A stretch of DNA of 64,000 nucleotides from Bacilli bacterium (GCA_041653015.1 JBAZGG010000005.1:1958-65957); one strand, 5' to 3'. Shown: positions 47,545 through 57,270, counted from the stretch's first letter. Made by a program: numbers and translations. Notes: a model not told the origin generated them from the sequence alone.

Positions 47545-48120
47545 TTGTGTATGAATGATAAATTATCGAAGATGAGCAATCAGGATCTATGGATTCTTTT
47601 TCCTATTCAGTTGAGACCATTTGATTCTAAATGGCTTAGACAATATGAAAGAGAGAGCGAAGATATTAGTTCCTACGTCCCCCCTCACATCATCTATCGA
47701 CTTTCTCACGTCGGAAGCACATCGATTGGAACAATCTGTGCTAAACCGATCATCGATATTTTGCTAGAAGTCAATTCTTTGAATGATTTGGCCTCGCTAA
47801 AAGAGTTGGCATGTGCGCACGGCTATCGCTTGATGCACTCGAGCAAAACGAGACTAGATTTTAACAAAGGCTATACAGAAAAAGGCTTTGCTGATGAAGT
47901 ATATCATCTTCACGCCGTCTTAAAAGGCGATAACAGAGAACTATATTTTCGCGATTATCTCAAGTTTCATCTCGAAGTGGCAAAAGAGTATGAAAAACTT
48001 AAATTATCCCTCGCGAAGAAATATGAGCATGATCGCGATGCATATACGAACGCTAAAAGCACTTTTATAAACAAATATACGAAGTTGGCTATGAACGAGT
48101 ATAAGAATCGTTATAACTAA
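47545..48120 (+). CDS. GrpB (UPF0157) family nucleotidyltransferase-like protein
   Basis: HVGSTSI...AKPIIDI, FRDYL, Y..LK..LA, YTNAKS.FI. Confidence 0.88.
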   Translation: MCMNDKLSKMSNQDLWILFPIQLRPFDSKWLRQYERESEDISSYVPPHIIYRLSHVGSTSIGTICAKPIIDILLEVNSLNDLASLKELACAHGYRLMHSSKTRLDFNKGYTEKGFADEVYHLHAVLKGDNRELYFRDYLKFHLEVAKEYEKLKLSLAKKYEHDRDAYTNAKSTFINKYTKLAMNEYKNRYN

Positions 48121-48255
48121 ATCGTAAATATCGCATAACATTGATTGGAAATAATTATTTAGCTTCTCGTCAATTATCAAAAAACTCCACTAAAAAAATA
48201 TCGACAAACAAACTATTTTTCTTTAAAATAGGCTAGTGCTATTATATTAAAGCAC

Positions 48256-48331
48256 GGACCAATAGCTCAATGGTTAGAGCTCCCCGCTCATAACGGGTCG
48301 GTTCTGGGTTCAAGTCCTAGTTGGTCCACCA
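48256..48331 (+). tRNA. tRNA(CAU), Ile2 (lysidine) type
   Basis: GGACCAA/TTGGTCC; CTCATAA loop; body resembles Firmicute tRNA-Ile2. Confidence 0.85.
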
Positions 48332-48335
48332 AAAT

Positions 48336-48426
48336 GGAGAATTACCCAAGTGGTTGAAGGGGTCGGTCTTGAAAACCGATAGGGGATGTAAGTCCCGCTA
48401 GAGTTCGAATCTCTAATTCTCCGCCA
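48336..48426 (+). tRNA. tRNA-Ser(UGA)
   Basis: GGAGAAT/ATTCTCC; TCGGT-CTTGAAA-ACCGA; long variable arm; G discriminator + CCA. Confidence 0.95.
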
Positions 48427-48531
48427 TATTTAAATAATGCTGATAACATCGGCATTTTTTGATTATTGGGATAAATTTTGGGATAATGCGTTTCTTTGGA
48501 TTAGCGCTTTTAATGCTCTAATTCTCCGCCA
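48411..48531 (+). repeat. 16-bp direct repeat of the tRNA-Ser 3' end (att-like scar)
   Basis: CTCTAATTCTCCGCCA at 48411-48426 and 48516-48531; TTGGGATAA twice (48466-48474, 48478-48486) between them. Confidence 0.8.
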
Positions 48532-48636
48532 CGATGATTGAACTAAGCCATACCATTATAACAGTGTGGCTTTCTCGCTTCAAAAACATATTGCAAAAAC
48601 AACCACATAAGATTATTATATAGTTGGAAAAGAAAT

Positions 48637-49239
48637 ATGACAAACTATGAAAAGATAGCGAAACTAATAACGGAAAACCAAGGCTATATCACAAGAAAAG
48701 ATATTGATAGGGAAGCCATTCCTTCTTGGCTTTTTACTGACTATGTTAGAAAACACAATCTAGTAAAAATCGAAAAAGGCTTTTATGCTCTTCAGGATTG
48801 GTTTGTCGATCCGTTTTTTGTTTTTCAATACAAGTATCCACGCTTTATTTACTCTTTTGATTCAGCATCTTATCTTCTGAATATGAGTGACATTATTCCC
48901 GCATATCTCGAAGTTACTGGCCCAAAAAATTACCGGCCTTATCCTAAAAAACGAAAAGGCATTATTGCTCACACAGACACAAGAGATGTCACATATTTTC
49001 TAGAAATCGTCATGGTTACTGATTCTTTCGGCTACAAAGTGAAGTGCTATAGCCCCGAAAAAACTATGTGTGATTACATAAGAAATAGAGAAGATATTTC
49101 ATCCGAGCATTTTAAGAAGGTCGTAAACGCATTTATTAGAAGAAAAGATAAAAACCTTAATAAACTTATCGATATAGCGAAAACGATGAAAATTCTTAAA
49201 AAAGTTCAAGAAATTTTGGAGGTGATTGATCATGAATAA
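48637..49239 (+). CDS. abiEi: AbiEi-like type IV antitoxin
   Basis: GYITRKD, IEKGFYAL, YSPEKTMCD; coupled to the downstream toxin gene. Confidence 0.82.
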   Translation: MTNYEKIAKLITENQGYITRKDIDREAIPSWLFTDYVRKHNLVKIEKGFYALQDWFVDPFFVFQYKYPRFIYSFDSASYLLNMSDIIPAYLEVTGPKNYRPYPKKRKGIIAHTDTRDVTYFLEIVMVTDSFGYKVKCYSPEKTMCDYIRNREDISSEHFKKVVNAFIRRKDKNLNKLIDIAKTMKILKKVQEILEVIDHE

Positions 49240-50065
49240 AAATGCGCTTCAAGCTCGTGTCAACATTTTAAACAAGCAAACAGGAGTACCTCATAACACT
49301 ATTCTTCAGTATTTCTTTTTTGAAGAATTTCTTGAAAGACTGGCTAAATCAAAATTCAAAGATAATTTCATTTTCAAGGGAGGATTTTTATTGTCTTCGA
49401 TTTTAGGCATCAATTATAGAAGCACAATAGATTTGGATTTTTTGTTAAGGAAAGAGATTATGGACAAGGAACATCTTCTCAATATAGTTAAAGAGATTGT
49501 TTCTATAACAAATGATAAGGATGTATCTTTTACCGTTGACTCCATTAATCCGATTAGAGAAGATGATATTTATGGTGGTTTTCATATTACATTAGTTGGC
49601 AAAATGGAGAACATTAAACAGATTGTCGGTATTGATATTGCGGCTGGTGACCCAATCACTCCCGGTCCCATTGAACACAAGATACCAAAATTATTGAGTG
49701 AAGAAACAATTATGGTTAAGGGTTATAATCTCGAGACTATTTTATCCGAGAAGGTTGAAACAATACTAAACAAGGGATTAACAAATAGTAGAATGAAGGA
49801 TTTTTACGATGTCTATGTCATATGTAAACTAAAAGAAAACACTATTGATTGGATTTCCTTTAAAAAGGCGTTTATCAACACATGCAGGCATCGTCAATTC
49901 CTTATCACACGAGAGGATGCCATCAAATTAGTTGTCGCGATTGAAGACGATAAAGAAATGGAAAAGAGATGGAATAACTATTCGCTTAAGAATAAGTTTG
50001 CTTCAGACATTTCTTTTTCTGATTGCGCAAAAGCATTATTGGCCTTGCTTAAAAAACAATTTTGA
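49232..50065 (+). CDS. abiEii: AbiEii/MenT-like nucleotidyltransferase toxin
   Basis: FKGG-x11-RSTIDLDF, SEKVETIL, SRMKDFYD; ATG 49232 after GGAGGTG. Confidence 0.88.
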   Translation: MNKNALQARVNILNKQTGVPHNTILQYFFFEEFLERLAKSKFKDNFIFKGGFLLSSILGINYRSTIDLDFLLRKEIMDKEHLLNIVKEIVSITNDKDVSFTVDSINPIREDDIYGGFHITLVGKMENIKQIVGIDIAAGDPITPGPIEHKIPKLLSEETIMVKGYNLETILSEKVETILNKGLTNSRMKDFYDVYVICKLKENTIDWISFKKAFINTCRHRQFLITREDAIKLVVAIEDDKEMEKRWNNYSLKNKFASDISFSDCAKALLALLKKQF

Positions 50066-50419
50066 TAACCGGAAAAAATGTCCTAGGCGGAGAAAGTTCG
50101 AGAGACGCGAATTTTAGGGCTAAAAATGGTATAAAACACTTATAAATACTAACTTTTGCAAAAAGGCATGATTTACTGACGCATGAAACGATGACAAAAC
50201 CAGCAAAATAAATCCTTTGGTCGAAAGGGCTTTTACATAAGAAACGATAATTTTATACAGATTTGAACAACTCAGCACATAAAAGCAACACTTTTTAGAA
50301 AAAGTACAAGAAATCCATGTGATCTCGTAATATATAGTTCCTTCTTTTGTTTTTTGTAGGAATTAATAAATCATTATCCATATTGAAAAGAAATCGTTTT
50401 CGTAAGAAGATATAATAGT

Positions 50420-51442
50420 ATGCAACATCGACTTGAACCTGGGAAACTACTTTATGGTGATGGCAATCTAGCTGATTCGGGATATGCCTTCTCTTTAATA
50501 AAAGAATATGATCGAGAGCAGATTAAAGCTCCTAAATCGCGAATCAAGGAGTGGGACTATTACTATATTGGTAACAACTATCATGGTCTTGCTTTGACCA
50601 TCGCCGATAATTCATATATGGCGTTATTGAGCGTTTCAGTGTTTGATTTCAATAAAAAAACGCACTATACAAAATCGATCATCAAATGGTTTAGCAATGG
50701 TAAACTTCATCTCCCGTTCAGTTCAAAAGATGGCAGCGTGGCCTTTCGCAATAGTAAAATCTACATTGAATTCATCAATAAAAAAGGCAAGCGACATCTG
50801 AAATGTGAGATTCCTGATTTCAAGGATAAAGCTCCTTTTAGATGCGACATTTTTCTTGAACAGACAAGTCCTCATTCAATGGTCATCGCCACGCCATTTA
50901 AGAAAAACCGCCATTTCTATTACAATCAGAAAATCAATCTCTTAAAAGCCAATGGCTATGCCAAAATCGGTGATGAGATCATCGACTTTAACAAAGAGAC
51001 ATATGGCACTTTAGATTGGGGTAGAGGCGTGTGGACATACCGCAATACTTGGTATTGGTCTAGCATGAATGGACTATGTGATAATCATCAGATCGGTTTT
51101 AATTTAGGATATGGATTCGGCGACACATCTGCGGCGAGTGAAAACATGCTTTTCGTAGACGATAGAGTTTATAAGTTAGATGATGTAGTGTTTGATATCC
51201 CCATCTCCAAAAGTGGCAGCGATGATTTCTTATCGAGTTGGGATTTTCGTTCCAAAAATGGCGATATCGCTTTGAAATTTACCCCTCTATTCGATCGATA
51301 TTCGAATACGAATGCTCTGATCATCCGCTCATGCCAACATCAAGTATTTGGCGTTTTCAATGGATACATAATCGCCGATAATAATAAATTTGAGATCAAA
51401 AATATTATCGGCTTTGCTGAAAAAGTCTACAATCGATGGTAA
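50420..51442 (+). CDS. DUF2804 family protein
   Basis: RIKEWDYY, FYYNQKIN, LDWGRGVW, GFNLGYGFGD, HQVFG. Confidence 0.8.
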   Translation: MQHRLEPGKLLYGDGNLADSGYAFSLIKEYDREQIKAPKSRIKEWDYYYIGNNYHGLALTIADNSYMALLSVSVFDFNKKTHYTKSIIKWFSNGKLHLPFSSKDGSVAFRNSKIYIEFINKKGKRHLKCEIPDFKDKAPFRCDIFLEQTSPHSMVIATPFKKNRHFYYNQKINLLKANGYAKIGDEIIDFNKETYGTLDWGRGVWTYRNTWYWSSMNGLCDNHQIGFNLGYGFGDTSAASENMLFVDDRVYKLDDVVFDIPISKSGSDDFLSSWDFRSKNGDIALKFTPLFDRYSNTNALIIRSCQHQVFGVFNGYIIADNNKFEIKNIIGFAEKVYNRW

Positions 51443-51650
51443 GAAAACGTTTCGCAATAGATATTTTTTTAAAACCAGTTGTATTTTTGATTTTTGCACT
51501 TTTGGTCAATAGATTGCACTCAAAATCAAAAACGTATCAAGAAATGCCATATTTTAATCATATTGTTCTTGCCCTTTCCAGCATCATGAGATAAAATAAT
51601 TAACATGAAGAACGCATGATGTATATATACATAATGCTGGAGGTAAAGGT

Positions 51651-52865
51651 ATGGATGAGAAAAAGAAAAAAGGTTTTTTCGCGAAAATCAAACCTTTGGA
51701 ATGGATCTTAATTGTTATTTCCATTATCATCATTACGACAGTCATTGTTGTCAATGTTGGTGGTGGCGTTCACGTCGCTTATGTCAATAGCAATCTTTGG
51801 ATTTTTTATCGTGTATTGCTCAGCTTCGGCTCTTCTAGCGAAGTTGTCCGCGATATCTTTGGTAATGCCATTCATGCACAGAATTTCATTACGTTTTTAT
51901 TCATTGGCTTCCTGTATGCTAATTTACTGGTTGCTATAGCTCTTGTGCTCTATATCATTCGCAAGAGATCTTGGAGAACGCTCATTGGAGCGGCACCATT
52001 TTTATTGGGCGCAGGATTAACACTGTATTCCGGAACATTCTTCTATGTTGGAATTCAACCAATTCTCGATCAAAACATTTTGTATTTCTCAGCTCATCCA
52101 GGCGCTACTTTTTCTGATTATTTCCCAGCCTTTATGTGGGCGTGCATCTGTCTCATTGGCACATTGACTCTAATTGTTTATATCGTTTCTGGGTTATCGC
52201 TCGTCATCAGCGTTGTGACCGCCACAAAAGAAGCTGAAAAGAGAAAAGCATCAGCAAAAGCCTTAGAAGTTGAACCGCTTGTCGATGATGTCGAGCCTCT
52301 TCTCGTCAGGCATTTCTCTGGTCATCATGCTCCAGTAAAAGAGACTATTGTTGTTAAAGAAGTAAAAGAGGACGTCGTCGTCGCTCCCGCTATTAAAAAA
52401 GTGGCTGTCCCGGTAGCGTCTGCTGATAAAAAAGAGCCATATCCTGAAAGAATTCCATTTGTGGAAAAACTTGAGGGAGCGGAAAAGGATATTAAGGACA
52501 AATATAATGCTGTCAAATCTCATCTTCTCGCTTATGGCGTGAAGAGCCGCATCTCTATTTCTGGCGATACCTTCCGTCTTCACACAGAGGAGTACGCTGT
52601 CGTCACAGTTATCGGTCGACATCTGAAGATCTATCTACCTCTCAATCTAAAAGATTACAAAGATACTGCAATTCCAGTGATAGATGCTTCGCATTTCAAA
52701 AAATATGGAAACCTGCCAGTAGCGTTCAATATTCGCAGCGATCTCTCCTTGCGAAGAGCGTTAAAACTTATCGACGATGCGATGTTGAAGAAAGGCTTGG
52801 TCATGGGTGAAGAAGTCGCCAAGAACCACGCCAGCATTGCTATTCGTGGCGAGAAGCAGAAATAA
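51651..52865 (+). CDS. Membrane protein with conserved cytoplasmic C-terminal domain
   Basis: Four TM segments, Val/Glu/Pro-rich linker, then PFVEKL...KYNAVKSHLLAYGVKSRIS...LRRALKLID. Confidence 0.65.
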   Translation: MDEKKKKGFFAKIKPLEWILIVISIIIITTVIVVNVGGGVHVAYVNSNLWIFYRVLLSFGSSSEVVRDIFGNAIHAQNFITFLFIGFLYANLLVAIALVLYIIRKRSWRTLIGAAPFLLGAGLTLYSGTFFYVGIQPILDQNILYFSAHPGATFSDYFPAFMWACICLIGTLTLIVYIVSGLSLVISVVTATKEAEKRKASAKALEVEPLVDDVEPLLVRHFSGHHAPVKETIVVKEVKEDVVVAPAIKKVAVPVASADKKEPYPERIPFVEKLEGAEKDIKDKYNAVKSHLLAYGVKSRISISGDTFRLHTEEYAVVTVIGRHLKIYLPLNLKDYKDTAIPVIDASHFKKYGNLPVAFNIRSDLSLRRALKLIDDAMLKKGLVMGEEVAKNHASIAIRGEKQK

Positions 52866-52882
52866 TTTCGATATGATTTGAT

Positions 52883-52910
52883 GGGTGGCTAAATATAGCC
52901 ACCCTTTTTA
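52883..52910 (+). terminator. Intrinsic terminator
   Basis: GGGTGGCTA-AATA-TAGCCACCC followed by a T tract. Confidence 0.8.
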
Positions 52911-52924
52911 TTTTCCTTTCTTTC

Positions 52925-52953
52925 TTGCACTTTATATGAGCGTTTGTTATTAT
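52925..52953 (+). promoter_or_regulatory. tRNA-fMet promoter
   Basis: TTGCAC-17 nt-TATTAT. Confidence 0.65.
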
Positions 52954-52965
52954 ATAAAACGCTAT

Positions 52966-53042
<77 letters not shown>

Positions 53043-53054
53043 AGCAAAAATGAG

Positions 53055-53090
53055 AGCTTCAATGCAAAGTCAAAGCATTGAAGCTTTTTT
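53055..53090 (+). terminator. Terminator after tRNA-fMet
   Basis: AGCTTCAATGC-AAAGTCAAA-GCATTGAAGCT followed by TTTTT. Confidence 0.8.
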
Positions 53091-53151
53091 CTTTGCATTT
53101 TTGCGAATAGTTTTGATGCTCATCCATCAAAGAACTATAATGAAAACTGCT

Positions 53152-53748
53152 ATGAATATGAATGATGTCAAATATTTCCGATATATCGATGATTACTGGA
53201 AAAATGATAAAGATGACAGTCCACTTTTCTGCGTTTATAAAGTGTTATCGATTGACAATCGCAAAAATGAAGTCGTGGTGATGAGCCTTTTTGAATACGA
53301 CCCAGTCGAAGAGAATTTTCCATTTTCGCTCTTTGAGAAAGGCGATGCCACAATTCTTAGTACTATTGCGATTGATGATTTATTACGTCAACAGGAAAAG
53401 CAGCGAAGAGAATCATGCGAGAGATTAAACGTGGAGTTGGAGCAGAGACGCATCGAATCTGAAAAAGAGAAAAATTCGCATTTTTTATCAATTAACCCTC
53501 GGATTAAGAGAGGAACTGAGGTGTTGTTGGTCAATTACGACAGAAGGCTCGTCGATTTCTCTAAGAAAGGCGATACATTTTATGTCGATGATGTCGGACT
53601 TATTGATAATCAAATCGCATATTCAGTAAAGGTCATCGCTCCACGAGGTAGTAGAGGCACCTATTCTTTCTATTCTGCACTCGGTTTTCATGAAAATAAT
53701 CTAAAGATTGATGCTGATCATGACGATGGGAACAAATCTAAAAAGTAG
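53152..53748 (+). CDS. Hypothetical protein with central coiled coil
   Basis: Open frame; TTGATG-17-TATAAT (53113-53141) precedes ATG 53152; the ORF-track start 53050 overlaps a terminator. Confidence 0.55.
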   Translation: MNMNDVKYFRYIDDYWKNDKDDSPLFCVYKVLSIDNRKNEVVVMSLFEYDPVEENFPFSLFEKGDATILSTIAIDDLLRQQEKQRRESCERLNVELEQRRIESEKEKNSHFLSINPRIKRGTEVLLVNYDRRLVDFSKKGDTFYVDDVGLIDNQIAYSVKVIAPRGSRGTYSFYSALGFHENNLKIDADHDDGNKSKK

Positions 53749-54021
53749 CAGACAACTGCCACCGCATCAGAAGAGTGAGCCATCCATCTACAAAACAGCT
53801 GCGAAATGATTAATTGACTTGCAAATGCAAGTCTTTTTTCTTACTCTATAAGTGTAATAATACACCAGCGGAGAATATGCTTTTCACGAGTTTATGAGTG
53901 ATTCTTTGCGATGATGACAAAAGCGTATGCTATCTTGCAATATATTCATATATTAATTAGAATATTTGCTGACTATCTAGCAGTTCAAACTAGATGAAAA
54001 ATATGATGAGAAAGAAGGGCT

Positions 54022-55191
54022 ATGAAAATTACGGTTGTCTGCGATGTCCTCGGTGAAGAAAACAACGGTACGACGATTGCGGCGATGAACCTCATTCGCT
54101 ATTTGCAGTCGCGTGGACACGAAGTGAGAATCGTCTGCCCTGATAAAGATAAGAAAGATGCCAAAGGCTATTATGTCGTTCCGACATTAAATCTAGGGAT
54201 TTTCAATAATTACATCAAAAAGAACGGTGTAGTCATCTCGAAAGCCGATACGATGATTTTAGCCCGCGCTATTAAAGATGCTGATGTCATCCATATCATG
54301 CTGCCGTTTTCTTTAGGAAGGCGAACAGCTAAAATAGCTCAGAAAATGCATAAGCCTTTAACCGCTGGTTTTCACGCTCAGGCAGAAAACTTGACCAATC
54401 ATGTCTTCTTGATGAATGCTGGCATCGCTAATCTTCTCGTCTATAAAAATTTCTATAGCCATTTCTATCGATATATCGACTGCGTTCACTATCCGACTGA
54501 ATTTATTAAAAACGTCTTTGAATCTAAGACTCATAAGACTAACGCGTATGTCATCTCCAATGGTGTCGTCTCATCATTTGTTAAGAAAGAAGTGGCGAGA
54601 CCTCCTGAATTCAAAGATAGATATCTAATCTTGTTCACCGGTCGCTATTCCAAAGAGAAGTCTCATCACGTCTTAATCGATGCGATTAAACATTCTAAAT
54701 ACAAAGACAAGATTCAATTGATATTCGCTGGCGAAGGACCGCAAAAAAAGAAAATTGAAAAGTTAGGCAGCGAATTGCCACTTCATCCCATCATGAAATT
54801 TTTCTCTCATGAAGAGATCATCAATATGATCAATATGTCGGATCTCTATGTTCATCCCGCCGAGATAGAGATAGAAGCTATCTCTTGCCTTGAAGCGATC
54901 TCCTGCGGTCTCGTTCCTGTCATCTCTGATAGCAAGAGAAGTGCGACGCGCTTTTTTGCTCTCGACGAAAAGAATCTGTTTGAGAACAGAAATAGTCATG
55001 ACCTCGCTAGAAAGATTGACTACTGGCTTGAACACCCACAAGAGAAAATTAAGCGCTCAGAAGACTATCTCGGATATACGAAGCAATTCAGTCGCGATCT
55101 CTGCATGAAGAGAATGGAAGAAATGCTCTATGATGCGATCAGAATCAGCAAAGAGAAATTTGCGAAGATTGAACAGCAGAACAAAAAATAG
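54022..55191 (+). CDS. GT4 glycosyltransferase (glycolipid synthase-like)
   Basis: NGTTIAA, FTGRYSKEK, EIEAISCLEAISCG. Confidence 0.88.
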   Translation: MKITVVCDVLGEENNGTTIAAMNLIRYLQSRGHEVRIVCPDKDKKDAKGYYVVPTLNLGIFNNYIKKNGVVISKADTMILARAIKDADVIHIMLPFSLGRRTAKIAQKMHKPLTAGFHAQAENLTNHVFLMNAGIANLLVYKNFYSHFYRYIDCVHYPTEFIKNVFESKTHKTNAYVISNGVVSSFVKKEVARPPEFKDRYLILFTGRYSKEKSHHVLIDAIKHSKYKDKIQLIFAGEGPQKKKIEKLGSELPLHPIMKFFSHEEIINMINMSDLYVHPAEIEIEAISCLEAISCGLVPVISDSKRSATRFFALDEKNLFENRNSHDLARKIDYWLEHPQEKIKRSEDYLGYTKQFSRDLCMKRMEEMLYDAIRISKEKFAKIEQQNKK

Positions 55192-55194
55192 TTT

Positions 55195-55995
55195 ATGAAA
55201 GCTAAAAAAGTCATCTATTATCACGATCCTCTCAACGACGATTTCGCGGGGACGGAGATCGACACCAAACCGTTGAAGACCGATTTTAAATATGTTCACA
55301 AGAATGTCTTTTGGAAGTTTTCTTCTTTTCTTCTGTATTATTTGCTCGCCATGCCAATTTTATTTTTTTATGCCAAGATCAGATGCGGTGTGCGAGTTAA
55401 GAATAAAAAAGTTCTTCGCCAAGTTCGCAGACGAGGATATTTTCTCTATGGCAATCACACGCAGAGCATCGACGCTTTTACTGGTCATGTGATGGTGGCG
55501 AGGCCTAAAAAAGGATATGTCGTCGCCAATACAGACGCTCTATCAATCAAAGGTCTCGGGTGGCTCGTCATGATGCTCGGCACTTTACCATTGCCGAATA
55601 CCGTCGAAGGGATGAGACGATTCCTCGAGGCAATGGAATATCGCCTCAAGAAGCAGAGAAGATGTATCATCATCTATCCTGAAGCGCACATCTGGCCTTA
55701 CTATAATGACATCAGAGATTTTTCTAATGCATCATTTCGCTATCCGGTGAAATATGACGCTCCCATCATCGCGATGTGCGCTACTTATCGCAAGAGAAGA
55801 ATAAATGGTGATCATAATCGCCCGCGGATGATCATCACGCTCTCGGAGCCATTCTATCCCGATAAGAATTTATCTACGAAAGAAGCGATGAGCGATCTGA
55901 GAGATAAAGTCTATGCTTTTATGAAGCATACGATCAAAGAGAATAAGTCCTATGCATATATCGATTATATCTATAGTCCACACGTCGATAAGTAA
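55195..55995 (+). CDS. PlsC-like acyltransferase
   Basis: GNHTQSID, IYPEAHIW; 3 nt after the GT4 stop. Confidence 0.8.
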   Translation: MKAKKVIYYHDPLNDDFAGTEIDTKPLKTDFKYVHKNVFWKFSSFLLYYLLAMPILFFYAKIRCGVRVKNKKVLRQVRRRGYFLYGNHTQSIDAFTGHVMVARPKKGYVVANTDALSIKGLGWLVMMLGTLPLPNTVEGMRRFLEAMEYRLKKQRRCIIIYPEAHIWPYYNDIRDFSNASFRYPVKYDAPIIAMCATYRKRRINGDHNRPRMIITLSEPFYPDKNLSTKEAMSDLRDKVYAFMKHTIKENKSYAYIDYIYSPHVDK

Positions 55996-56065
55996 AGCAT
56001 CATCATTGACTTTGTGATAATTATTACTCCATAATAAAATCACTTATTGGAGGAAATATTTTATT

Positions 56066-56611
56066 ATGAGCAAATCGTTAAAAGGAACGAAGACTGAAAA
56101 GAATCTTCAGACAGCTTTTGCTGGCGAGTCGCAAGCGCGCAACAAATATACTTATTATGCGAGCAAGGCTAAGAAGGAAGGCTATGAACAGATTTCGGCT
56201 TTGTTTTTAGAGACTGCCGAGAACGAAAGAGAGCACGCCAAACTCTGGTTTAAGCATCTCCATGGTGGTGAAGTGCCAGCGACGGATGTCAATCTCTTAG
56301 ATGCCGCTGATGGCGAGAATTATGAATGGACGACGATGTATGCCGATATGGCAAAAGTAGCCAGAGAAGAAGGATTTCCTGAAATCGCTCTTCAAATGGA
56401 AGGCGTCGCTAAAGTTGAAAAAGAACACGAAGAGAGATATCGTCGGCTATTAGCAAATGTTAAAGGTGGTAAAGTCTTCATCGCTCCCGACGTCGTGGTG
56501 TGGAAGTGCCGCAATTGCGGACATATCCATATCAGCAAGCAAGCTCCTAAAATTTGCCCAGTCTGTGAGCATCCTCAAGCCTACTTTGAACTTCGCGCGA
56601 TAAATTATTAA
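56066..56611 (+). CDS. rbr: Rubrerythrin
   Basis: [39 protein letters not shown]...CPVC. Confidence 0.95.
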   Translation: MSKSLKGTKTEKNLQTAFAGESQARNKYTYYASKAKKEGYEQISALFLETAENEREHAKLWFKHLHGGEVPATDVNLLDAADGENYEWTTMYADMAKVAREEGFPEIALQMEGVAKVEKEHEERYRRLLANVKGGKVFIAPDVVVWKCRNCGHIHISKQAPKICPVCEHPQAYFELRAINY

Positions 56612-56718
56612 TGGATAAGAAGATTATTCCCTCACTATGTGAGGGATTTTCTTTTGTTATAAATTATTTATGTCTTGCATTTTTCTTCGATATTATAGAT
56701 AATAAATAAGCACGTATT

Positions 56719-56794
56719 GGACCAGTGGTGTAGCGATTAACATGTCTCCCTGTCACGGAGAAGATCGCGGGTTTAAGTCCCGTCTGGTCCGCCA
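56719..56794 (+). tRNA. tRNA-Asp(GUC) with A19/U56
   Basis: GGACCAG/CTGGTCC; TCTCC-CTGTCAC-GGAGA; G73. Confidence 0.93.
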
Positions 56795-56801
56795 AAAGTG
56801 T

Positions 56802-56877
<76 letters not shown>

Positions 56878-56891
56878 TAATACAAAAAAAT

Positions 56892-56915
56892 AGACGCCGA
56901 TAAGCGTCTTTTTTT
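56892..56915 (+). terminator. Terminator after tRNA-Asp/Phe
   Basis: AGACGC-CGATAA-GCGTCT followed by a T tract. Confidence 0.8.
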
Positions 56916-57050
56916 AATTTAAGATATCATATTTATCAATCCATATAATCCAAAAAATGTCGCGATGTTTAATTGCATATTAACAAAGCGAGTTATTCTT
57001 ACATTTTTAAACGCCCGTTTAACATGAAATAATAGAAATCTACTTTAAAA

Positions 57051-57079
57051 TTGTCTTTCATTATATGCTGTGTTATAGT
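57051..57079 (+). promoter_or_regulatory. mgtA promoter candidate
   Basis: TTGTCT-17 nt-TATAGT with TGn extension. Confidence 0.6.
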
Positions 57080-57110
57080 CGAGACGACATACGAAGGCGA
57101 GGTGGGATAT

Positions 57111-57194
57111 ATGGATAGTATACCTGGGCATTGTAGACCGTATATAGAGAAAACAAATCTATACTATTCGATATCCACTTCTTTCACAAAATAA
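57111..57194 (+). CDS. Candidate 27-aa leader peptide (uORF) upstream of mgtA
   Basis: MDSIPGHCRPYIEKTNLYYSISTSFTK*, preceded by GAGGTG RBS. Confidence 0.5.
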   Translation: MDSIPGHCRPYIEKTNLYYSISTSFTK

Positions 57195-57270
57195 AAGCAT
57201 CATTTCATAGAAGCGACTTATCATTTAGCGCTCATCTGTTTTCGTTCCAAAATCATTGGGAGAAACACTT

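Noticed and set aside
50086-50094. GGCGGAGAA, inverted match to the tRNA-Ser 3' end downstream of AbiE
   Set aside because: Only 9 bp and in inverted orientation; not what an attR would look like and plausible by chance.
57080-57270. M-box (ykoK) riboswitch upstream of mgtA
   Set aside because: Conserved M-box segments are not recognisable by eye; reported instead as a uORF/hairpin candidate.
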